A stretch of DNA of 64,000 bases, from contig QPMI01000210.1 of the NCBI GenBank assembly GCA_004431415.1, forward strand, positions 85,173 to 149,172, in the 5' to 3' direction. Positions 34,963 through 43,848 of the stretch are shown piece by piece. Each line of letters opens with the position of its first letter. Positions within the stretch are counted from its first letter, which is position 1. This DNA is from Cyanophora paradoxa CCMP329. Taxonomy: Eukaryota > Plantae > Glaucophyta. Made by a program: the position numbers and the translations under genes. The notes beneath the pieces are model-generated. The model saw only the letters and a list, made by a program, of their open reading frames with translations, did not search any database and was not told the DNA's origin.

Positions 34963-35397
34963 GCGTCCCGCCCCAGCCCCCGGCCCCCCGCCCGTTCCTC
35001 TGAGCTAGCATCCCGGCCCACCGCGTGTCGCCCAGCCGCTAGGGAAGGAGGGAATCCAGCAGCGGGTCGGAAAACGGATCCCGGTCGCCCGCCCGCGGGG
35101 GCTGCCGAGGCGGAAACCGGCCCAGACCGCAGAGCTAGAGGCCAGCGTGCCGTTCGTCCCGTCCAGATCGCCGCCCGGTACTGCTGCTTAGAGCCGGCTG
35201 GGGCTAGCGATATCGATAGCGAGCGAACTGCAGCGGGACTCGAGCGGCGTCATGCGTTCAGATCAGAAGGTAGTACACGACATGCCGACGAGTTGGGGAC
35301 ATGTGCAACGATGGGTTTGAACGAGCAGGCGGGCAGAACGCTGCTGTGGGCAGGCGATCCCAACCGAGCTCCAGCGCTCGTCGAGCGGGCTGGAAGC

Positions 35398-35743
35398 TTA
35401 GCGGTACTGCGAGAAGGATCCCATATATGCGTCAGCAAAGCGCAAGGGCTTGAGGGCTCCTGCGCCTGCCCACCTTGATGAAGCCGATGTTCGCGGAGTG
35501 GTCGCGGAAGCAGCGGCGGCACATCATCAGGCCGTACTTGCGGATCAGGCCGTGGTGGTTGTTGCACACACGGCTGCCCCGCAGCGCGTCAGCGGAGCCA
35601 AGATACGCGATCGCACGCCACAGCTCCCTCACCACTGGCGGGAGCCAGCGCCGTACTTCTTCGGGTGCGAGTTCCAAATCGCCTGCGCCCCGCGGTCAGA
35701 GCGCCCGGAGGGGCGGGGCCGCCGAGCGTGCCTGGTGGCCCAT
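35398..35743 (-). CDS. RPS29: 40S ribosomal protein S29 (uS14), 4 exons
   Basis: [56 protein letters not shown]. Confidence 0.97.
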
Positions 35744-35974
35744 GTTGTTGCAGAGTACCCGTGCCGGGCCGGGTACGGCGGTACGCGCGGGTTAGTGCCT
35801 GAAGCCGTTGCAGGGGTACAAGCTCACGATTTTCGTGCCTTTCTTTTTGCTTTCAGCCATTCCCAACCGCTCCCAAACGCCCGAACACACCGCGGTGAGC
35901 GCATCTGCCGCGGTGACGCGCCCCCCGCGGCCCGGCAGCCAGCGCCGCCGGCTGGCAAAGCAGCAACAGCAGCA

Positions 35975-37060
35975 ATGTTCTTATTCGAGTGCGGCGGGTG
36001 CGGAGCCGCCGCAGCCGCCCCGGAGGATCCAGCCAGCTGCAGCCCGGCGAGCCCTCTCTCGCTGCCATCCGATCTAATCGTTTCCGTCCTCGAGTTACTG
36101 GGCGCCGTGGACCTTTTCCGCGCAGGACAGGTGAGCTTGCATGACGTACGCCTGATATGTATCCACGTCCGCTTGTTCCTGCCACTGCCGGACGAGAACG
36201 CGTACGGCGGGAACAGCCAGTTCTAGTTCTCCGCCGCGCCGCGGCGCCGTCGCTCCGTCCGATTAAGAATTGTCTGTATGCAGGTCTGCCGCGAGTTCCG
36301 TTCGGCGGCGCAAAATCCGCGGCTGTGGAGGACCGCCCGTGTCTCCAGCAAACTGCCGCAGGACCTGTACAGGGCGAACGTGGCGACTCTGCAGATCAGC
36401 TCTCTCGTCCCTCTGTGCGTTTTGCAGCGGGCCGCCTCCTGGAGGAATCGGGAGGCGCTCTGGCTACTTGGGCGGATGCACTTGATCGGCTCCCCCATGA
36501 TGGCTCTGCTGCCTGACGAGGCGCACGGCATGTCCCTTCTCCTTGAGGCGGTGAGTCTCCTCCTGAGGAGGTGAGCGGCGTGCTCTCCGTGACACTCCCG
36601 GCCCGCCTGCGCAGGCGCAGATGGGACACGCGCAGGCCCAGTACGAACTCGCGCTCGCCCACGCCCGCCGCGGCGACGACCGCAGCTACATCTACTGTAC
36701 GCTTACTCTTTTATGCCATTTCCTTCGAATTCTCTTCAGCTCACCCTCTGTCTCAAGGGACTCAACGGGCGGCGAACCAGGGGCACTCGCTGGCGCAGAT
36801 CGCGCTCGGACTCGCATTCGCCTGCGGGCGGCGCGGCCTGCCCCAAGACCTCGCCGCGTTCCAGAAGTGGCGCCTGTGCGCGCTGCCCTCGCCCTTGCCC
36901 TCGAGCTCCGAGGCCGCGGGCTGAGCTGCCCCCGCGCAGGCTCTCGGGGTGCACGCAGGAGTACCACGTGAACCCGAACATGACCGAGGAGCAGGCGCGG
37001 GAGGGCGCACGGCAGGCCGCCCTCTGGCGGCCCGCCGTCGAGCTCGAGCGCGAGGACTAG
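35975..37060 (+). CDS. F-box protein with Sel1-like repeats
   Basis: LSLPSDLIVSVLELL...AGQVCREFR; GHAQAQYELAL, AANQGHSLAQIALG. Confidence 0.82.
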
Positions 37061-37249
37061 CAACAGCGCGGCATGTCGGACGATTGCTTTACAGACGCGT
37101 ACCGTAGTACTCTTCGGATTCGCATTTCAAGTTTAGATCAAACTAGCTCGGAGCTGATTAAATGAGTAGCTCGGGTGAAAATTCATGTACAGTTGTCGCC
37201 AGCGGGGGATCAGAATCGATATCGTTTCCACTAGAACCAACGTTGACTG

Positions 37250-37411
37250 CTCGAACCTATGTGAGCGTCAGCGTAGCATAGGGCAGTGTATGGCTGCCAA
37301 ATAAAGGCAGCCTTGCTTACGCACATATGTACAAGGGGCGCACTTACAAGTTATAAGTGCGCCCCTGGGGTACAAGCCTCAGTCTTGCTTCGCAGCCAAG
37401 GCCTCTAAGCT
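37250..37411 (+). repeat. Split direct repeat A1 (162 bp)
   Basis: Identical to 39296-39457. Confidence 0.95.
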
Positions 37412-37417
37412 GAGGTC

Positions 37418-38598
37418 ATGGCTCGCTCGCGGAGGAGCCCATCGTGGGCCCCTCTGTTCGTAGTCGTCTTGACCATCATTCTGCTCGTCGCCTGTGCCGA
37501 GGCGGCGCAGAAACGCAAGTCAACGGCCACTGGTGCGCGCAAGTCGGCCAAACCCAAGACGGCGACGACCCCCGCGCCCCAGGCCCGGAGGTCGTCATCT
37601 CGTCTTCAAGCTCCGGCCAACGACAGTGCGGAGGAGGAGCAGCCTGCACCTCCGCCGACGCGATCTCGCAAAGGCAAGGAGAAAGCCGTGTCGCCGGATC
37701 CGGACCAGCAGCAGTCCGACCCAGAAGATGAACCTGAGGACGACGTTGCCGTTAGACTGGCACAGCGTGAGCAGTTCGGTGGCGCCTACGACGAGGAAGA
37801 GCAAGTGGCTGCGCGCAACTTTCCGAACTTGGCGCAAGTGGATCCGGGCGCGGCTGGCCCGTCAACCGGCTTCACCCGTCACCTTCAAGGCCCTTATGCT
37901 GTACCCGCTGGCAACTCGACTGCCCCAACGTCGACCAAACCGGCAGCGGGTGCGCTTCCGCCAGCGTGGGCTGAGCTACTTCAGCGTGGGATAGATAGCG
38001 CGGTCATCAAGCTTCAAGAGCAGCAGCAGCAGCAGCTCGGCGAGCAGCAGAAAGACAACCATGAGGCTATGCAGCTCAAAAACCCGTGGCTTCGTGAGCT
38101 TGCCCTGCAGCTATCGCAGCTTAAGTTTCAGCTCAAGAGATGCTCTTCGTGCACTGCGTGCTACGATCACGTAAAGCAGAGCCTCAAAATCCTCGACGAG
38201 CTCCGGAAGCGGATCGACATTCGCGACAAGGGCGGCGACAAGCTTGCCGAGCGGCTGGCAGGTGTGCCAGAGGAGTATCGGGGCACGGCTGCGGCGCTGG
38301 CGCACGCGCTCAACATTGCTGGCCCGGAGGCCGCCGGCGGGCGCCCGTATGTGCAGCACGCCAACCCGCGCCCCAGCACCAGGGCCGCGATCGCCCGCCG
38401 TCGCAGCGCAACAGCGGGATGTGTTTCCGCTGCAACAAGCCCGGGCATGTCGTGAAGGATTGCCCGAACGAGCCGCGCCCCGGCTGGCGCGACCCCCCAA
38501 GTAGACGTGCGCGCCCTTGTGTGGACGCGCAGTTTTCGTTTCGCATTTCGCTAGATACTAGTGTTTCGGTGTGTTCTTGCAAGCATAAGTATTGCTAG
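37418..38598 (+). CDS. Gag-like ORF1; the CCHC knuckle is in the -1 frame (frame break near 38350-38370)
   Basis: 345-aa ORF 37418-38455; CFRCNKPGHVVKDC in frame 38140-38598. Confidence 0.75.
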
Positions 38599-39235
38599 CA
38601 TATGCAAGTGCAGTCTTCAGAAGATCTAGAGTGTGCGTGTATGCTTCCCTAAACATGCAATACATGTATTATGCTTCCATTTCATGTGATGGTGTACATG
38701 TGGCCGGGTGCGGCATTGTGGCCGGGTGCGGCATAGTCATTACCAGCCGTGGTGGCGCCGGCGTGCTGTGGCTTTATGCATTGGTCCTGTGTGCATTTGC
38801 ATGTGTTAACACTGTGAAGTGTGACTGTGATTGTAGTCTACTTTTCTTTTCAATGCTAGTGGCATATATTGCCGTCTGGATGACTCCAACCTGGCAGAGC
38901 CCCAGCTGACTCCCGGCAACTGACCTGTTTCCAGCACAGGTCAGGAGTGCTGCTGGCTGTCGAGCTCCTGGCCCCTCCGGCCTTCCCGTGTGTCGCTATC
39001 GCATACTGGGCGCTCTGAAATTAACCTAGTGCATTTTGCAGGTGAGGAGTACACAAGGGTACGAAGATTCCATGATGCCAACTGTTCCCGCTGATATCGC
39101 AGGTTGGCGCATTCATCCAGAAAGTCCATGCCTGTGCAAATGTGTTGTGGCACTGTGGGTGCATTGTGGCACTGTGTGTGCATGTGAGCTCAAGACTTGA
39201 ACCAACAAGCACATTGACACGCTCACTCTTATATT

Positions 39236-39457
39236 CTTCATGACAAGACATGTTGTGCTTAGCTTGCTGTAAGCAAGGCTGCCGTGGCAGCCATACTCGA
39301 ACCTATGTGAGCGTCAGCGTAGCATAGGGCAGTGTATGGCTGCCAAATAAAGGCAGCCTTGCTTACGCACATATGTACAAGGGGCGCACTTACAAGTTAT
39401 AAGTGCGCCCCTGGGGTACAAGCCTCAGTCTTGCTTCGCAGCCAAGGCCTCTAAGCT
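39236..39457 (+). repeat. Internal B1/A2 junction (B1 39236-39297, A2 39296-39457, overlapping at CT)
   Basis: Exact matches to both element termini. Confidence 0.95.
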
Positions 39458-39525
39458 TCTTCCCGTTCGCGTGTCACCATCTTCAAGCCAGCGGCTGCAT
39501 GGACCATCAGCTGTAGCAGTGCTAG

Positions 39526-41490
39526 ATGGGCACCGCGATAATTGGGCATGTCTGCCAATGCAAGGCCTCACCTCACTTTGCAGGAGGCTTTGTTGCATCC
39601 TGCATTCAAGCTGCAGTCCAACAGTGGAGAGCGATTGGAGCCAATGATGTCGTGCTCAACTGGATCTTGCGTGGTTTCCCTTTGTCAGGAGCGAGGCGGC
39701 TGCCAGCAGAGCGCCGGGCCAACCACAAGTCTGCGGCTGTGGACCATCAGGACTTTGTGAGAACCGAAATTCAGAAGCTTTTGCGCACGGGAGCGATCAG
39801 AGAAGTTGAAGAAGCTCAAGTGAACATTGTCTGCTCACTGTCCGTGGTGCCCAAGAAGACTGGATCCAAGTTGCGGCTCATCTGGGATGGCCGGCCTACC
39901 AATAAAGGCCTTCCGGACATCCCCTTCAAGTATGAGACTCTTGAGCATGTTGCAGCCATGCTGCGCCAAGGCTGGTACATGTTCACTATTGACCTTGAAT
40001 CTGGATACCACCACGTGCCAGTCTCACCGCAAGACTGGCGGAACATGGGCTTTGAGTTTGACAGCAAATTCTATGTGTACACAGTTTTGCCCTTCGGCCT
40101 CAAGCACTCACCGTTTGCATTCGTCAAGATCATGCGACAAGTGGTCAACTACTTCCGCCGCTTTGGCATCTTCGTGGTGAACTATGTTGACGACTGGTGG
40201 TTTGCTGCTCCAACCTACGAGAAGGCCTGTGAATTGCGGGATTTCGTCCTCAAAACATTTGCTGCCCTCAAGCTTGTGGTCAACAGCAAATCTGAGCTCA
40301 CCCCAGCACAGTCGGTGGCTTTCTTGGGCTTCATAGTGGACTCCGCCCGCATGTTGTTTGAAGTACCCCAAGACAAGCTTGGTCGTCTGCTTGCTTTGAT
40401 CAAAGGGCTTCTGAAGAAAAAGAAATCAGCATCTGCACGTGAAATGGCCAAGGTCGCCGGCACCCTTGTGTCCATGGCACGGGGCTTGGCTCCAGCTCGC
40501 ATCAAGACCAGGTCCCTCTTTCGATACATCAATGTCGTGGCAAGAGAATGGCATTGGAATCATCCAGTGGAGCTCACCAATGAGACTCGTCGGGAACTTG
40601 AGTGGTGGCTGGCCAACATCCACCGATACAATGGCCGCTGCCCTATTCGGCCTGAAAGGCTCCTTGTGTTGACTACGGATGCAAGCCATGTTGGTGCAGG
40701 AGCCTGGATCACTACCCGAATTGGTGATGCTCAACCTGTGGCTTGGGAGCTTGAGCCTGCCCCATTCCAGTGCCTGTGGAACCAAGAAGAAGCTCAGCAA
40801 ATTTCGTCGTGGCGCGAGTTAATGGCAGTGCTTCGCGCTATGCAGCACTATCAAGGTTTATTGCGCAATCAGAACATCTTAGTTCGCTCGGACAACACAG
40901 TGACTGTGGCCTACATCAACAATGGTGGCGGAAGACATGAATACCTTTGCCGAGTTGCAGCAGCAATTTGGGATATTGCTCTGCTCAATTGCATCAGCAT
41001 TGAAGCAGAACACATTCCTGGTGTTGACAATGAGTGGTCCGATGCTTTGAGTCGCTACTTTTACCCCGCCGACTACTCTTTGAAACCTGGGTATTTTGCC
41101 ATGGTCAGTCGGACATTTGGACCTTTTGATATTGATCGTATGGCCTCATCAGCCAACACTCACCTAAATCGATACTTTTCCATTGATTTGAATGATCGAC
41201 ATGCTGAAGGATATGATTGCTTTACAGCAACCTGGCGTGGTGCTCGTAATTACGTCTTTCCGGACCCAAATGTCCTCTTGCACCTTGTGTCACATGTCCG
41301 CCAGTGTAGGGCCTCGGCAGTTTTTATTGTCCCTCAGTGGCCCTCAGCTCCATGGTGGCCACAGTTGCAGCTTGCCTTGCGTGCACCTGCAATGGTGCTT
41401 GGCCCAGCATATGACGTGTGCTATCGCGGGCCTCGCTCGGCACAGTTACCTTCCTGGATTCTTGTTGCTCTTTATGTGTCGTGGGAGTAG
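39526..41490 (+). CDS. Reverse transcriptase-RNase H-adenine methyltransferase-like polyprotein
   Basis: KLRLIWD, IDLESGYHHV, LPFGL, YVDD, FLGF; RH TDAS...RELMAV...SDN...HIPGVDNEWSDALSR; MT-like FDIDRMAS...YVFPD...VPQWPSAPWW. Confidence 0.95.
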   Translation: MGTAIIGHVCQCKASPHFAGGFVASCIQAAVQQWRAIGANDVVLNWILRGFPLSGARRLPAERRANHKSAAVDHQDFVRTEIQKLLRTGAIREVEEAQVNIVCSLSVVPKKTGSKLRLIWDGRPTNKGLPDIPFKYETLEHVAAMLRQGWYMFTIDLESGYHHVPVSPQDWRNMGFEFDSKFYVYTVLPFGLKHSPFAFVKIMRQVVNYFRRFGIFVVNYVDDWWFAAPTYEKACELRDFVLKTFAALKLVVNSKSELTPAQSVAFLGFIVDSARMLFEVPQDKLGRLLALIKGLLKKKKSASAREMAKVAGTLVSMARGLAPARIKTRSLFRYINVVAREWHWNHPVELTNETRRELEWWLANIHRYNGRCPIRPERLLVLTTDASHVGAGAWITTRIGDAQPVAWELEPAPFQCLWNQEEAQQISSWRELMAVLRAMQHYQGLLRNQNILVRSDNTVTVAYINNGGGRHEYLCRVAAAIWDIALLNCISIEAEHIPGVDNEWSDALSRYFYPADYSLKPGYFAMVSRTFGPFDIDRMASSANTHLNRYFSIDLNDRHAEGYDCFTATWRGARNYVFPDPNVLLHLVSHVRQCRASAVFIVPQWPSAPWWPQLQLALRAPAMVLGPAYDVCYRGPRSAQLPSWILVALYVSWE

Positions 41491-41645
41491 ATTGAAGGCT
41501 CTTGCTGCAGAATTCAACTCCTGCTCATCTCTGCTCAGCTTACTTTGTCCAGCAACAGGGATAGAAAGCTTGAGTGGGGGCTTTAAAAAGAAGAAGAAGA
41601 AATGTAGTCTGACATACCCTTGACTCTGGTGATGCAGGTGCTCGT

Positions 41646-42647
41646 ATGGCTGATCTGCTCAACCGGGTCACTTTCTACAGAACAAACTCTGTGAGCGAGC
41701 GAACCCAAAGCCTCTACGCCCGCTGGGTCGTCCTCTATGAAGGCCATTGCGCGGTTCACTGCATTCCAGCCTGGCCACCAACAGCTTCTGGCGTCGCAAC
41801 ACTGCTGGTGGCTCTTGCTGATGAAGAGTACGGTCTCTCAGCAATTGACCAGTGTCACTCTGCTCTGCTACATCAGACAAGGCAGAGGATGTTGCCTACT
41901 ACTGCATTTGCTCACCCCCTTGTGCTGCAAACATTGCAAGGAATCGCCCGACTTTGTGGAAAACCAGCAAAGCAATCTGCATTGGTCACGTCCGTCCACC
42001 TGGAGGCGATTGCTCGTACCTACGCTCGTTCCCCCTCAAACAAGCTCCTTCGCGCCCTTGTGATGTTGCTTACCGGTTTCTTTGGCCTGTTGCGGCGTGG
42101 CGAAATCGTGGCACTCCGGCGGCAAGATGTGTCCATCCGCGCGGATCGCGTCGTGCTCTTCATTGCCGGTTCCAAGACCGATCGTCGTCGCCAAGGCGCG
42201 CAAGTTGTCTTGGGCGCCGTCCCAGAGTCGGTCATCTGTCCGGTGTTCTGGTTTCGAACCTACTTGCGGACTCTAGCGCTCGCGGATCCGGGCGCACCTC
42301 TTTTTGGGCAGCTTCGGGACGCAGCTCGTTCTCTGTCAGCTCAGACCGTGGCCTATGTTCTCCGGTTCGCATTTGACGCGGCGGGCTTGGACGCCACTGG
42401 TATCACACCTCATGGCTTGCGTCGCGGTGGAGCTACTGCTCTGGCTGCTGCGGGCGTGCCTGAAGAGCTTGTTCAAGCGGTTGGTCGCTGGTCTTTGTTG
42501 TCAGCGGTCTACCGACGCTATATCGATTCTGCTGAGCGCCCGCCCTTGGCTGCGCTCATGGCTAGGCCTGGTGCTCGTTACGCTGGCCCGTCAGCTTCGC
42601 TGCAGTCATGTCGGCAGCAAGTCGCGCGTACTCGGCGCAGTAGTTGA
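41646..42647 (+). CDS. Tyrosine recombinase
   Basis: LLRRGE (R), SKTD (K), HGLRRGG (HxxR), GRW, YRRY (Y). Confidence 0.95.
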   Translation: MADLLNRVTFYRTNSVSERTQSLYARWVVLYEGHCAVHCIPAWPPTASGVATLLVALADEEYGLSAIDQCHSALLHQTRQRMLPTTAFAHPLVLQTLQGIARLCGKPAKQSALVTSVHLEAIARTYARSPSNKLLRALVMLLTGFFGLLRRGEIVALRRQDVSIRADRVVLFIAGSKTDRRRQGAQVVLGAVPESVICPVFWFRTYLRTLALADPGAPLFGQLRDAARSLSAQTVAYVLRFAFDAAGLDATGITPHGLRRGGATALAAAGVPEELVQAVGRWSLLSAVYRRYIDSAERPPLAALMARPGARYAGPSASLQSCRQQVARTRRSS

Positions 42648-43055
42648 TTGTCTCGTCTTAGAGTCTTGCTTCGCAGTTGTGCGCCTTTGCTGTGCTGTCG
42701 GCGCTTGTCTCCCTCGCTCACAAGCGAGGGCAAGCTGTGTAACTTGCTGAGCGGCTTGTTCCCTAGCCGCTCGAGCGGCTTTGCTTAGCCGCTTTCAATG
42801 TGTGTTAGCAATGCCCATTGTTTACTATGCCTTCAGTCATCTTTAAGCCATTGTTAGTGCCAACCATTGATATCTTTTGATGAATAATTGATCAACAATT
42901 GATCACTAATGTTCAATCATTCTACGTCCGCAAGACTCACTCTGCAGCGTGCGCTAGCTGATGTCCTCGAGCGCAGTTGCAGCTTGCCCTTCTTGTGAGC
43001 GAGCGAGTCATGATCTTAGCTTCGCGGCTTTGGCAAGCGCGAATCTAGACCTTCA

Positions 43056-43117
43056 CTTCATGACAAGACATGTTGTGCTTAGCTTGCTGTAAGCAAGGCT
43101 GCCGTGGCAGCCATACT
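43056..43117 (+). repeat. Split direct repeat B2 (62 bp)
   Basis: Identical to 39236-39297. Confidence 0.95.
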
Positions 43118-43574
43118 ATAGCTATATAGCTAGGCGCCGGCTATATATACAGTTCAACGTAAATTGGTTTAGATCTAGAGGCTTTCATGATCGATATCAG
43201 ACAGATTTTTGAATTCACTCCACATCAGACGTTTTTTGCTAGTTTTCAGCAGACGCTTGCGAATTGGTTGGTTGAACGCAGTATACTACCAACCCGCACG
43301 AGTCACTGGTCACGAGTCTGCCAGGCTGTGCGATCCGATGCCATGATGATCCGATCGCGATGATCGGTTTGTGCATGCATGATGCATCATGATCCGATGA
43401 TCAGCCGACGCCGGCCGCGGGGCCCCGGCACCGCGGCCGTGGCACAGTGGCACTGCGGCATTTAATTCGGGCCGTCGACGTCGGACTCCCGAGGCCGCCG
43501 GGCTCCCGGGACTTATTGTCTTTGAAGAAATAGTGGCTCGTGCGGAGCTACTGCAGGCCGGGAACATTTCAAAG

Positions 43575-43710
43575 TTTCAAGGATTCAAGGATTCAAGGAT
43601 TCAAGGATTCAACTTGGCAAGGATTCAAGAAAGATCTCTTTCTTGACGAGGATTATCGGATGGAAGAGCACGGAACAGCACGGATTATCGGATGGAAGAG
43701 CACGGAACAT
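43575..43710. repeat. (TTCAAGGA)n tandem and a duplicated 28-bp GGATTATCGGATGGAAGAGCACGGAACA
   Basis: Directly visible. Confidence 0.7.
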
Positions 43711-43848
43711 TGTTGCCAGCGCCGATAGTTGGCGTCAGCTAGCACGTGTCTTGTCCTAATGCACGGAACAGAAAGCAGCAACTAACAATTGAAAACGAAG
43801 GCGCCGGCGGGGGCGCCGGGGGACTCGAGGGGGCGCCAAGGGGCGGGG

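Larger units (their letters stand above)
37250..43117 (+). mobile_element. Tyrosine-recombinase retrotransposon (DIRS order, PAT-like) with split direct repeats A..BA..B
   Basis: gag-like, RT/RNaseH/MT and YR ORFs; A and B repeats each present in two identical copies; visibly lower GC than host; CT dinucleotide at both ends and no longer TSD. Confidence 0.93.

Noticed and set aside
38592-38909. 105-aa hydrophobic ORF as env-like gene
   Set aside because: TTG start; hydrophobicity explained by TG-rich composition; no recognisable motifs
37250-39457. A1/A2 as LTRs of a small LTR element
   Set aside because: No TG...CA ends, TSD, integrase or protease; the B repeats and YR identify a DIRS-order element
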